Source: Vitrella brassicaformis CCMP3155 (lineage: Eukaryota; Protista; Chromerida). Taken from it: a stretch of DNA of 64,000 nt. Shown here one piece after another: positions 1-11,975 of this stretch (position 1 is the first letter of the stretch; each line of letters begins with the position of its first letter). A program made the position numbers and the translations under genes. The notes beneath the pieces are model-generated. The model had not been told where the DNA came from, ran no database searches, and worked only from the letters and a program-made list of their open reading frames with translations. The DNA is taken from positions 1 through 64,000 of the forward strand of contig CDMY01000494.1 in NCBI GenBank assembly GCA_001179505.1, read 5' to 3'.

Positions 1-99
1 ACCAAGTCCCGCATATAAGCTCGCAGACACGATCACGCATCATGAATGGGGCCTGGCTGATGGCTGTCTGACACATTGCGCCCCACCTCACCCCCACAG

Positions 100-713
100 G
101 AAGCCTGGCTCTGCAGCAACTCGCCAATGGGGCGTATCGGATCGGCAACGACTCGTTTCGCGTGGTGCCGCTGAGTGAGCTGCCTGCTGGCCACCGCTAC
201 GTGGCGAGCTACAAGGATAGCGACCCGGTTGTCAGCTGGGGCAACGACTGGTTGTTCCGGTCCTTCTCATCGCTGCTGATGGTGATGCTGGCGAATTGGT
301 GGAGCGTGGAGGAGGGCGTGGGCGACCAGGTTGTGGTGAATCGGCAGTCGTTCATCGGCAGTCGTCGCTATGGGCGACTGGTGAGTCGCCGCCTGCCGCA
401 GACCGAAGGCATCGCAGTCGGCTACTGCGTCGGTCACAGCGACGAAGTGGACGAGCGTCGGCTGGTGATCGTGAGCGGCTTCAGACCCAACGAGACCATC
501 GCGGCCTACGTGTGGGCGCAGCAGGGCATCATCCGCCTGCGCACCACGGAGCGATCCGCCGCCGCTGCTGCTGCTGCTGCGCCGCCTCCCCCCTCCCTCA
601 CCCCATCGCAGGCCCTCTCCAGCCGCTTCCCGGTGTCGACGCCTCTCTGGCTGAGTGTGTTGCGCCGATTCGAGCTCGAGACCAATGTCATCACCCCTCG
701 CACAGTGGGCTGA
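100..713 (+). CDS. Last exon of an uncharacterised lineage-specific family protein (5' part lies upstream of the window)
   Basis: Acceptor ccccacag at 92-99. The exon reads SLALQQLANGAYRIGNDSFRVVPLSELPAGHRYVASYKDSDP...RFELETNVI, TGA at 711-713. Motifs are shared with the genes at 3689, 6289 and 57600. Confidence 0.65.
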
Positions 714-1685
714 GGGCAGGGGGATGTGGGCGCGGCGGGCGGGCGTGTAGTGCATTCGACATTGACGGTCTGACGTGACGTGTGAGGGGCGAATGAGATG
801 AATGTCTGTCTGTCTGTCTGTTGGTCAGTCTGTTGGTCAGTCTGTGTGTGGAATGGACGAGCAGTGTACAGTCAGTTAGACGGTGACAAAAGCGATGGAT
901 GCGTCGCTTTTTGGCCGACCGGCCACATGTCGCCCAAATGTTGCTCAAAACCGTCCGTTTACGTGGACGGAAGGGGACAGACGGTGTGATCTGGCCGGGG
1001 AGGGGATGGTCCGGACGGCTGGTGGTGCGTGCATGATGTATGCAGACAGACGGTGCGTGTAGATGGATGGACTGGGGAAGGGGAATCGGGTGGCTGTCTG
1101 CCTGGCCGTCCGTCCCTTCGTCCGTCCGTCCGTCCCTCCATACGTCCGTCTATCTGAATGTCCCCGTGTGCGTGGAATGACTGAGTGCTGTACACCTGTG
1201 TGGGTGAGAGTGGCTTCTTGGAGGGTGGCCAAGGGATCTGTCACCTTGTTTGCCGACCAACCAGAAGGCGCTATACCACTTCCGCCTCATGAATGCAATG
1301 CATCCAGATGTCTGGGTGGGGCGACTGTGGTGGCCTGGGCAGACAGGTGTGCAGATGCCGTGTGCGATGGATGGATGAATGGACTGGGAAGGGGAATCGG
1401 ATGTCCGTGTGCATAGTCCATCTAATGACGACTGGGTGAAGCGATCGATGGGATGCGTGTCTGTGTGCCAGCCAGCCTGTTTGTCTTTCTGTCTGTCTGA
1501 ATGTGTTTCTGTGCGTGGAATGGCTGATTGACGTAGAATGGGTGACGCACGCATCAACCACGCATCCCTTCATGTCGAATAAAAGGCCAGCATCGTCAAT
1601 CCATCCATCCGTCCATCCATCCATACTTACCCGCAATCCCACCACTACTATCAACATGCACCTACCCCTGGCCCCCTTGGGCTAC

Positions 1686-3178
1686 TCACAACAATCCCAA
1701 CACAACGAACCTCTGCCTCTCCCACCTGGCACCACACCGGTTGACCACACCCAGCTGGCCCCACACCACATCCACACCGCCACCATACATGGCCGGCATG
1801 CCGTGTCGCGCCGCCTCCTCCCTTATAGCCTGCCTCACCACCTCATGCAGACCCACACGCCGGCACCCCACACCCCCCACCACAAAGCACCCCTCCGCCA
1901 GCTGCTCCACCCGTCCCTCGTCGGCCGTCACATCCAGCGAGGCAGCCAGGCTGACGAAGTTGCTGAGTATGGTGTGCGATCGACGCCCCAGCGGCCCTGC
2001 GCCACGCCCGTTGCCGAAGTACTTCTCGATCGGGTGAGTGTCGGCGAGGAAGGATGCGATGCGCCATGAGTAGATGGGGTCATTGATGGGGAATGGGGGA
2101 GGGGGAGTGTTGGGGTGGGCGAGTCGGGGGCTGGGGAGGGTCTCGAGCACTCGCGTGGCCGACCAAGCTGGGCGAAGCGCACTGTCGATGGCCTCGGTGA
2201 TGAGTTGCTGTACATCGGCACTGAGGTACTGCAAGTAGGCGTTGCTCATCCACATGGCTCGCGCGCCTTGGGCTGGCGGCAGCGCCATGGCTGGCACAGT
2301 CAGCAGCGGCGGCACGGCTCCAAGCTTGATCAGCTTCATCAGCTTCTGGTGCCCGAGGTAGTCATTCGCGGCGACCAGTGCCAGCGGGGTGTTCCCGTCT
2401 AGATTGCTGTCATTGATGTCCTCTGCCGCGCCGCGCTCCAGCAACCAGTCGATGGTCGCATTGATGGTCCTCGAGGAGCCCGGGGACGCCGCAGCAGCGT
2501 GGTGGAGTGGGTAGGACTGGCTGGCGTCATGTGTGTGGATGATGCCCCGGCCGCCCCCCTTGCTATACAGCAGCTCCAGTAGCCGCAGCTGACACGACGC
2601 CTCACCCAACGGCCGTCTGCAGAAGGTGTGGATGGGATGACGGCCGTTGTCGTCCATCTGGGTGGCGAGTCGGGGCTGGAGGCGGATCAGCCGCTGTGCG
2701 ATCTGCAGCTTCTCGTGCGGCTCCATCCAGCTGGAGGCCACCTGATGGAGCGTGTTCTGTCTGAGGACTGGGGAATGGTCCAACAGGACGATAACCACGC
2801 CATAATTACCCTGACAGGCAGACAGGCAGGCAGGCAGACAGACAGCAGATCATGACGGCTGCACTCGTCCCCATCATCCCCCCCCACACATGCTATGTCC
2901 TCACCTGTGCAAGAGCCAGCTGCAGTGGGTCGCCACGGTTGACATCGCTACCTCCAGCGAGGAGCGCCCGAATGACGCCCGCCATGTGTGGTTTCTCCTC
3001 GTGATACTTGACGGCCAACATGACCAGCGTCATGTGCTCCGGTTGCTCCCGGCTGAGGCTCGCGCACACTCACGATCGTCTTGGTATCGGCCCCCTGGCT
3101 GATCAGCCGCCTGGCACCAGCCTCATCTACTTCACCAGACGCCATGGCAGCGACCAGCTGCCGTGTGGCGGTCGGCAT
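1686..3178 (-). CDS. Ankyrin-repeat protein (2-3 exons)
   Basis: Splicing GT 2904 to AG 2811 gives DVNRGDPLQLALAQ|GNYGVVIVLLDH. Further ankyrin-like repeats: GRHPIHTFC, YPLHHAAA, DGNTPLALVAA. The N-terminal RRLISQGAD segment needs a 28-nt intron or a frameshift at 3046-3073. Start codon uncertain. Confidence 0.75.
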
Positions 3179-3688
3179 GTCTGATGGAATGGCGACGATG
3201 ATCTCATGCTGCCCGCCATACAGATCAAACACGCTCTCGACTGTGTCGGAGGGACCACAGACAGATGGGCACCTGCAAATGCAAATCAGAAGAGAGCAAT
3301 CAATGAATCGACGAAGCGATGAGTCAATGCATTCATCGGCCGAAGATGTGGTGTGGTTTCCTGACCGACCATTCTCGCGGCTGCTGACTCCTGGCGTAGC
3401 GCAAAGCCATGCTGCGCTGGTAGTTGGGGACGAAGCAAGTAGCACCGGGATACCAGGGCCTCATCTTGCCCAAGAAGTCCTTCATCGGTCGGCAAACGTG
3501 ATTCGAAGCTCGCAAGCGCCCGAAGTTTGCCCGAGGGAGTTGCCGCCATCCTCCTTCATTCTCTCTACTCACAGTCACGTAAGAAAGCAGAAGGAGCGAA
3601 CATCCATACCGACTTCCTCAGCAGAGCTGTGTGGTGTGTGCATGTGCGCTGTTTCAGGTGCCACATCGTTTGTTGGTTAGGTTAGTCG

Positions 3689-5035
3689 ATGGCGTTCCGT
3701 GTTACTAGCACACGCCAGCGCCCGAACCCCCGGCCAGTGCCTTCCCTCTGGAGCATCGCACTCAACAAGGCCGCCTCCATGGCCATGGCCAGCGAGGGCA
3801 GCAGCAGGCGTCTGGCCCTCCTCGCACAGCTCAGCAGACAGCCCATGACGGAGATCCCCGCTGGCGTGACGCTGCCGATGGCCCTCGAGCAGCACAAGGA
3901 GCAGATCATGACTCGGGAGGGCCTCCATGGCGTGCTGTCGTTCGCCACAGGCAATGTCCTGGAGGCGGCCATCAAGACGGTGTACGTGCTGGAGAAGGGC
4001 GGGGCGTGGCGGGAGTGGGTGGGGCCCCTCCATCTCGCCAAGCATCATGGGTGCGTGGATGCCCTGCCCATCCAGATGACGGCGCGCGACCTGCGGCACA
4101 TCGGCATCAAGTGGCGGTTTGACGGGCGGCCCGAGAGAGTACGCCAGTTCTCCCTCTTCGGCCATCGACTCAAGTTACAGAACGGTGAGAAGCTGAGTCT
4201 GCGCGAGATGGAGTACGAGGGCTTCTGGCAGTGCCACGAGGCGCCGAAGGCCGGCTGCGCATTCTCATACGACGCCAAGGACCCGCCATGTGACGACAAC
4301 ATCAGTGGGTTGCGCACGACGACCAACAAACGGATAACACTCATGTGCATGTTGCCCACCTCTGTGTGTGCAGACTTTTCTGTTCTCACCGGAACATTTT
4401 CCAGCTTCCAAGGCGCCGTGCTGTACAGGTATGTAAGGCTGGACACTCACACACCACACACCATCAAGCAACCCACCAGCCACAGTCTGCTCTTGGTTCG
4501 CCTTCACAGCATTCAAGGCGGCGAGGAGATGGGCGGCATGAAGACGCTCGCCTATAAGGACATGGTTAAGGAGCTCGACCCGCAACGATACGCCCGTGCC
4601 CTGGCCATCCACCAAGAGCGCTCACCTGCCCGCCTGAAGGTCCAGTACGAGGCCCATGAGGACACCTTCAGGGCCGTCTCCGCGCCACCCGACGAGACGG
4701 ACAAGATCTCCGGCAGCCGCATCACGCTGCACGGCGACAAGGCGGGCGACGAGTACGCCCTCTACTTGGCCATCGAGCTCCGGCAGGAGGAGGACGACCC
4801 CTGCATCAACGAGGACGACGACGATGACTTGTTCGGTGTGTTCGATGACCACAACGGGCCGTGGGAGGTGGTCGTGGTGAAGCTGCTGACGACGGCCAAG
4901 GGGACCAGCCAGAAGGAGGCTGCCGTGGCCAAGGCGAGGGAGGTGCTGGGGGAGGCGGATATGCGGATGCTTTTCAACCGCCTCCTGACGCAGGGTAGTA
5001 GCAGCCATGCGCAGCGGGCGTCGGCGGCGCCTTAG
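3689..5035 (+). CDS. Uncharacterised lineage-specific family protein (probably 3 exons)
   Basis: 448-aa ORF containing two in-frame GT-AG segments (4305-4373, 69 nt; 4429-4509, 81 nt) with intron-like composition. Motifs VYVLEKGGAW, FGHRL, YDAKDP and GDKAGDEYALYL are shared with paralogs. Confidence 0.7.
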   Translation: MAFRVTSTRQRPNPRPVPSLWSIALNKAASMAMASEGSSRRLALLAQLSRQPMTEIPAGVTLPMALEQHKEQIMTREGLHGVLSFATGNVLEAAIKTVYVLEKGGAWREWVGPLHLAKHHGCVDALPIQMTARDLRHIGIKWRFDGRPERVRQFSLFGHRLKLQNGEKLSLREMEYEGFWQCHEAPKAGCAFSYDAKDPPCDDNISGLRTTTNKRITLMCMLPTSVCADFSVLTGTFSSFQGAVLYRYVRLDTHTPHTIKQPTSHSLLLVRLHSIQGGEEMGGMKTLAYKDMVKELDPQRYARALAIHQERSPARLKVQYEAHEDTFRAVSAPPDETDKISGSRITLHGDKAGDEYALYLAIELRQEEDDPCINEDDDDDLFGVFDDHNGPWEVVVVKLLTTAKGTSQKEAAVAKAREVLGEADMRMLFNRLLTQGSSSHAQRASAAP

Positions 5036-6288
5036 ATTGAACGCCTTTTTGTAAGTGACTTGAAGTAGATGGGGGGGGGAGTGTGGCCCTTTCTGGGTGC
5101 GTCTGCTGCTGCTGTTGGTGTGGTGTGGTGTGGTGTATGTTAGTTGACGGCTTTGTGTGGCTCGTGTGCGGGTGGCGGCGTGTCTGCGGGCGGCATTAAG
5201 CATGCATGTACTGACGGCGGCAGCACGCATGACGGCATCGTCAGAAACGCTGCCGCCGGCCCGAGACAACACGCCGAACCAACGCCTGTGTCTGGTGGGT
5301 GTGCATATGTAAATATAAAAGCATCGTTTATGCCTAGAAGACAGTCTGTCGATCGATGTGTCCACGACGGCTGCACATGGCCTCCGTGTATGAATGGATG
5401 CCGTGGCTGATTGGTGCGCTGATCGTGCTTTTCTGTCCGGGCTGTGCTGCGTTTGTATATGTCATAGCTCTATGGTCAGTGTGGCGCTGCTGATGCAGTG
5501 TGGCGGACCAATGGCGTGGTGTACGTGACGTGAAAGAATTGAACGCATTTGCCTTGAACGAACTTGATAGATACACATGGGCAGATTGATTAACTTGGGT
5601 CCAAGCAACGATGCGACCACTACAAACCGATATCTGCACTGACCACGCGTGTGTCCATATGAATGCTCACTCGCAGCCCACCTGATCCATCCACCAATCC
5701 ATCCATCCATCCATGCATATGCACCCCCACCCATGCAGCAACAAGCACAGGAAAACAGGCCATTCCTTTAGGGTTTAGGGGCGTCTCCGTCACAACCAAT
5801 CAGCCGCAGGGGTGCAGATGAGTGAGTGGGTCAAGTGGGTCAACACTGAGCAGGCCGCGCCACGTCAATCCTACAACCGACGGTGCATATCCCATTCAGA
5901 GCAGTACACCCTCTTCCCAACCACTGCTCACAGTGCCACACATGCCCCTCCCTCCCTCCCTCGATGGCATCGCATGTGTCTGTGTTCCCGTCCTCGTCGT
6001 CCTGTTGGCTATCGCGACGGTGCCCTGCGTCGCTGGCACGGCATCGTCTTGATAAGCAACAGCATGACGAGGACGAGCCACACAAAACAAACTTCTTGGT
6101 GCCATCTCAGACACACTTGCCCCAAATACACACGTACACACCAATACACACGTACACACCAATAATACAAAAGGCCGCAACAGCCTCACCAATAAGATAA
6201 AAGGCACACACAGTCAGGCGGCGATTCTGACGCTCATCCATTCAGACTTACGTATCGGAACACCAAAAAATGGCTCCTCCACTAGGCC

Positions 6289-7416
6289 TCACTCATCGTG
6301 GAAGGTCTGCTGGATGCCGAGCCTATCATAGTCCATCCCCATCGACTGCATGAACCCCTCGGTTGCAGCCCAGCACCGCGGGTACCGACCATGGCCACCC
6401 TGCGCACCAGAGATGGGCTGCTCGAACGACCGCACGTCCACCCCAATGGCCGTGGGCCCTTCTCCGACAGACACCAGGGCTGCGTACGTGTCCTCCGCCT
6501 TGTCGCCCGCCAGCCCGATGTAGCGCACCTTGAAGTCCTCGGGCCACATGTACTCCAAGACGGTCTTGTCGGTGATCGGTTCGTCGAGCAGCTTCATGCC
6601 GTCGGCCTCGCTCACGTGCCCCCTGGCCAGCTGGCCTCTGGTCAGGTGCTCTCTGGGCACTGCAGGAAAGTCCAGGATGCTGATGGAGTGCGTGAGGATC
6701 CGCTGGTTGATGTAGCCGCTGAATGAGGGATAGATGAAGGAGAAGACGACATGCCGAGCGAGTATGCGGATGGCAGGGTCCTTGGCCTCGAATGCTGCTT
6801 GGTATGGGTGGCCCTCGAGGCCTTCACGAGGCACGACAGCGATGTCCTCTGTGCCGATGCGGTACTGGCGCCTTCGCAGCCGAGTCAGCCCGAGAGTGCC
6901 GTCCTGGTCAGTGTCCAGCTGCCCTCCGAAGGCGGCGAATTGCGCGATGGCGTGGGGCATGTTGGACATGGCTCTCTTGTAGGGGAAGGTCAGGTGGAGG
7001 GATGCGGGGCATATGGGGACGGGCAGGCTGTTGCTGCCGCTGATCATGCGCTTGTTGCGGGCGATGTAGATGCCCTTGGTCCATCTCTTCCAGCCCTTGG
7101 TGACGTCCAACAGGTGCGCCGACCGCACAAGATAGTCGAAGTAGCTGAGGCCGACGGGCAGAGGAATGCTGGTCGGCTGACGCGACACGTCGAGCAGTCC
7201 GGTCATGCCCTCGGCCGCCAGGGATGCGTCGATGCGGTCGAGGATGAGTGCGGGTGTCACCCTGCGGTGTCCATCGGCCTTGTTGGTGCGCCGCAGTGCC
7301 ACGCAGCTGGCCAGATCAGAGCAGAGGAGGATCAGTGAGAAGATGACCTCGTCGATGAGGCTGAAGAAGCACACGCCATCGGCGGAAGGAACGGACGTCT
7401 TGTCAGCTGGCGGCAT
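6289..7416 (-). CDS. Uncharacterised lineage-specific family protein with F-box-like N-terminus (single exon)
   Basis: 375-aa ORF. N-terminus FFSLIDEVIFSLILLCSDLASCVALRRTNK is F-box-like. LGLTRLRRRQYRIG...HPYQAAFEAKDP matches the 100-713 paralog. Confidence 0.7.
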   Translation of the reverse strand: MPPADKTSVPSADGVCFFSLIDEVIFSLILLCSDLASCVALRRTNKADGHRRVTPALILDRIDASLAAEGMTGLLDVSRQPTSIPLPVGLSYFDYLVRSAHLLDVTKGWKRWTKGIYIARNKRMISGSNSLPVPICPASLHLTFPYKRAMSNMPHAIAQFAAFGGQLDTDQDGTLGLTRLRRRQYRIGTEDIAVVPREGLEGHPYQAAFEAKDPAIRILARHVVFSFIYPSFSGYINQRILTHSISILDFPAVPREHLTRGQLARGHVSEADGMKLLDEPITDKTVLEYMWPEDFKVRYIGLAGDKAEDTYAALVSVGEGPTAIGVDVRSFEQPISGAQGGHGRYPRCWAATEGFMQSMGMDYDRLGIQQTFHDE

Positions 7417-7477
7417 CGCGCCAAGGGAGAAATACTCCTATTCCTCCTTGAACGAGGAGAGAGCTTGACTTACGAGC

Positions 7478-10400
7478 TTGCGAACCGTTGCGTTTCTCGC
7501 CGAGACGGCCAGGAAAAAGAAAGCGCGCCTAGGAAAGAGCCAGAAAGACAGAGCGCCCTCTTTTGTTATCCGGCAGTCTGCGCCATTTTCTCTCCACCTC
7601 CATGGCTCCACCTCTTCTTCAAAGAGCAAACGGTTGCCCCCTCCCTCGCCGTCTTTCCGCGTCCTTGCCTCCCCCTGCCCTTCGCACCCGTCTCTTCGGC
7701 ACACAGGAGACGAAGACCATGAATTGGAGACAGAGATGGTGGAGTCTCTGGGCCTCCCAGAAGATTGCAACAAGGAGGCTTGGGCAATCGTACGCACCAA
7801 AGCAAAAGAAAGAAAACATGCAGATCATTTCCTTCCATGCACAGACCATTGGCCGGGTTCGAGAGGCCGTGCACTGGCTCTTTGGCACCGACGCCCTTCT
7901 TTTCGGCTCAGCAGCTTACAAGCTGGCTTTATGGGAGAGCGACGTCGACCTGTCAGCTGCCATCCCGGCCGACAAGGCCGACCAGCTGCTGAGAGAGGGC
8001 GTGGTCGACGACCGTCAGCTGGCAGAGAGGGTTCACGAGCTTTCCATGAGGGAGAAGGCAGCAATGAAGGAGTACGAAGCCGCCCAAAGGGAGAGGAAGG
8101 TTAAACACGATCTGAAACAAGTGGAGGTGAGACAAGAGTGGAAGGAGCAAGAGCACGCGGCGTTGAAAGCATCTTCTGTTTCATCCCAGCGGGATGTGGT
8201 GGACGACGGCCTCAACGGGCTGCTCGCAGGGGCGGGTGAGGGGGCCAGGGCCGGCTGGCGGTCTGGCCTGGATCACCGATCCGACGACGCTGGAGAGCTG
8301 CGCGAATGGGTGTGTTGACAGACAGACAGACAGACAGAAAGACAGTCGGACAGACATCTGCTGTGTCCGTGCTGGTCGGTCAGGATTCTGATTTCGTTTT
8401 GAGGTGACCCCTCTGGGCCAGCTTACGCCCATGAGCAACTCGCAGCTGCCCTCCCCACGGCAGCACTGGTACGACAACCGGCCCATCCTCTCACCAGTGC
8501 CGCCATCGAGGCCGCTGCCGGAGGGGGACGCACGGCTGAGCGGACTGGCGGGCGGCGCGTCTGCTGGTGGCCATAGCCTGGAGCTGAGTGCGTCGGTTGA
8601 CGACACCATCAGCAAGCTGCGCGAGATCGCGCGCGGCTGGGGGCGGACAGGGCACTGAGGAGGGCACTGAGGAGAGCACTATGGCAGCGAGGGAGATAGC
8701 AGGTAGGCAAGAGGTCAGACAGACAAATCATGGCCGATAACCCTCACACGAGCCGTTCCCTCGTCTCCTTCCCTTCCCCGCCCCGCAGCGTTGCGCGAAA
8801 GTATCGCATGGCTAGAGAGAGAGTTGCAGACGAGCGGCGAGGAGGTGCTCAGGCTTCAGACGCTCATCGCCAGCAGCAGGTGGTTGACCAACAACCCACC
8901 AGAGCCCACGGCGCGGCTCCGATAGGCCGTGCACCGGCTCTTTGGCACCGACGCCCTTCTTTTCGGCTCAGCAGCTTACAAGCTGGCTTTATGGGAGACC
9001 GGCGCTCAGCTGTTCCGGCCGACAAGGCCGACCAGCTGCTGAGAGAGGGCTCGGCCAGGCAGGGGCGTCAGGATGTCCGGGTGTTGGCCTGTGAGAAGCT
9101 GAGGGATGACCTGAAGCATCGGGTGAGTGAAGGACAGGAAGGAACCCAGGAAGGAGAGAAAGAACACGGAGACATGTGCGCTGCGTGCATGTCAACAGTA
9201 TGGGGCCGACATGGCCATCCACGCACGAAATGGGGCGCGTGTGCCGATCGTGCACTGCCACCTATCGAAGGTACCAAAGTGACACACATCAGATGATGGT
9301 TTGTGTCTGGTGTGTGTCTGGTCAGAGCCAAGGAAGGTGGAAGGCTGATGTGGCCTTTAACAACGGCCTGGGAAGCCACAAGGCCAAGATCCTCCTCGCA
9401 TATATGGAGTCTTCTCCAATTATCAGGGAGCTGGGTAAGCGGAGACACCGGTCACCGACCGTTTGCAAAACACAGTGTGACAATTCACGGCTTGCTCTGT
9501 TCCTCAGCCCTGCTGGTGAAGCGGTGGGCGAAGGGAAGGGGACTGTGCGGTGGCAGAGGGCTGACGTCCTTGGGATGGGTGCTGCTTGTAATATACTACG
9601 ATCAAATGAGGTAGACAAGCGGATGGATTCACACGGGATCACATGTTTCATGTTTTATGTCAGGACGCCACCTCTACTGCCCAACCTGCAGCAATCGTGT
9701 GGTGGCAGTCCTAGACGCGACGAGACGGTCACCACCTACGACTTCGACAAGGACGCATACATCAAACACAACGTACCTACGGGCAGATTGTAGCATGCAA
9801 AACAACTAATGACCCGTGTCTCTCCTGTGACTTAGGTTTACCCACTCGTCGACAAGTCCGACGCCGCTTTGCCTGCTCCCCCGATGAGCCACCCCTCGCC
9901 GTCTTTCCGCGTCCTTGCCTCCCCCCTGCCCTACGAGCACGTCCGTAGTGAGCAGGACAGAAGGCTCATGGCCTTTGTCAAGGATGCGGAAGACGAGCTC
10001 GGGTTTCTCGACCACATGAGGTGAGGCCTCAAAGATATAGGGGCGCAGGAGGGCTGCGCATGACTGGCCTGTCTGTGGTCGTGCTGGTCAGGCGACGGCA
10101 GAACCGACATGCAGCCAACAGCCACAATCTCAAGCTGCACACAGTATTCTACGAATTTTTTTACAGTGAGACAGCCGACTTCTATGCAGAATCAAACAGA
10201 CCACAAACAGATTAACGCTTCTTCGTTTTTTTTGCTTGCGCCCCAGGTTCTATAGATCGTGGCTTGACGCCACGAAGCACATCATATCCATTCGCCTCGC
10301 CCCGCGCCGCATCACCAAGACGGATTATCTGGCATCTTCGGTGAGCGACAGCAAGAAGGAAGCGAGAAGAGCAGGACGAAATAGAAGCAAGTCTGTTGGC

Positions 10401-11284
10401 TTGTGTTTTGCAGGAGATCTCTGACAAAGAGGAATACAGGCAGCGGCTTGACGTGCGGAAACAAAGTCAGTAGAAAAGACTTGCAGGGATCACTCTCTGT
10501 GGCTGACGTTTTCAGCACCTATGGGTTGAGGACCCAATCGAGACAGGCAGTGTCCATTTCGTTGACGCCATGGTACACATACATACATACATACATACCT
10601 ATGTGCCGTTCTTCTTCAGAAAAAACGAGAGATGGACCAGGAGATCGCTCGTGCCCTGGAGATGCTGGCCCGCCACAATCCCCGAGTCCTGTTTGGTGAG
10701 ATTGTGGCAGACAAGCTCTTCTACGGGCCTTCTCCTGGCCGCGGCCCGCCCCTCCATCGAGGCCCTGTACTGAAGACGTTCAAGATGAACTTGCCGGTAT
10801 ATGCAAATGAGACATAAGTCAAACAGATGAGATGAATGCACGGGGGCTCCTGTTTGCTTCAGGGGGATGGAGGCAGATATGTTGGCACAAAGGCGTGTGT
10901 CCTCAATCGCATCAAGGAGCTCTGCTCTCAGTTGGGAGGTGCGTAGACTGACACGTATCAACATCGCAGGACACATCCATCCATCTTGACTGCCCTTACC
11001 AGGGGTGACCATCGAGACACCGTTGAGAGGCAGCATCAAAACAACTATCAACGTGTCAGGTGAGCGTCGCCACACGACCCGGACACAGAGCGACACTATC
11101 ACGCCTCCCTTGCCTGGTTCCAACAGGCCCCGAAGCAGCTGTCTCCGCGGCACTGGGATACCTCAACATGATCAAAACAGGCAAGCGCCTACCCGACCAG
11201 CCGTCCACATCACCAGCCCCTGGTACGTATTCCAACCAGACACCAACCTGGACCACGCGGGGCCCGCCACGGAAGAAGGGATGA
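7478..11284 (+). CDS. Cid1/GLD-2/TUTase-type non-canonical poly(A)/poly(U) polymerase with C-terminal KH domain (copy A; multi-exon, catalytic exon duplicated)
   Basis: Spliced exons give LLFGSAAYKLALWESDVDL (~7890-7955), ARVPIVHC (9235-9260), KADVAFNNGLG (9345-9370), LVKRWAKGRGL...LTSLGWVLLVIYY, PPLLPNLQ, FYRSWLDATKHIISIR and WVEDPIET. These are followed by a KH-like FKMNLP|GDGGRYVGTKACVLNRI...VTIET...TINVSG|PEAAVSAALGYL; stop at 11282-11284. Start and 5' exon choice are uncertain. Confidence 0.75.
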
Positions 11285-11975
11285 CATGGGGCGGCACCAA
11301 GCACTTCACGGCCGATGACGTGGGGTGGTGTCGGTGTGTGATTCTGTTACTTGCAAGCCGGTGAAAGAACACAAACCACTTTAACCGAGCCAGGCAGGGA
11401 GCCAGCTGGAAGTAGTCGCAGCCTGTATGGCCCGTCGCCCTGCTTCTATCTACAGGTGTTTTGCTCTTATCGGTGTCTACATTTTATGTTGTGGTGTCTC
11501 TTCTCTGCCCATCTCTGCTACGCCTTGCCCTTCTCTGGGATGACTTTCGTTCGGATCTCCCACAGGTCTATTGCTTTCAATCGGCGTCTTCTCGTACGTG
11601 TGCGTATGGCAAGAGACATGTGAAGAGGTTGTTTAGCTCGATGCCACGCAGAGTATCACTCCGCTTATGCCTGTGTCTCTTTCAATCGTGCACTATACCA
11701 GCTCAGCATACGCTGGCACCCTCTCTCTGTCTCACAGACATCGTTCGCAAAGTCCGTTCGCACTAGTGAATGCCGCAAAAACGGAAAGAAACCACTGATG
11801 CAGGCGATGACGCAAATGCAACATTTGGCCCTCTTCATGCATGGATGGGGAAAATGTAGGGAGGAAGCAAGGAGAGGACACATCAACCATAGCCAAGAAC
11901 TATTAGACACATGGCCCCAGCCAGCAAGGATCATGCCCATACATTCAACACCCAAACTTTGTGTGACAGTCTGTT

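Noticed and set aside
780-1600. Degenerate direct repeats in the 3' intergenic region (e.g. ATGGACTGGG(G)AAGGGGAATCGG at ~1066 and ~1379)
   Set aside because: No terminal inverted repeats, target-site duplication or coding capacity. Consistent with local slippage duplication among GTCT/GGAT microsatellites.
5767-5780. (TTTAGGG)2 telomere-type repeat; also a single AAACCCTA at 27653-27660
   Set aside because: Only two units and one isolated octamer. Too short to call an interstitial telomere or a telo-box without enrichment data.
6124-8680. Short tandem repeats (18-bp x2 at ~6124-6160; 12-bp x2-3 at ~8651-8680) as CRISPR-like arrays
   Set aside because: No unique spacers, too few units, no cas genes, and a eukaryotic context.
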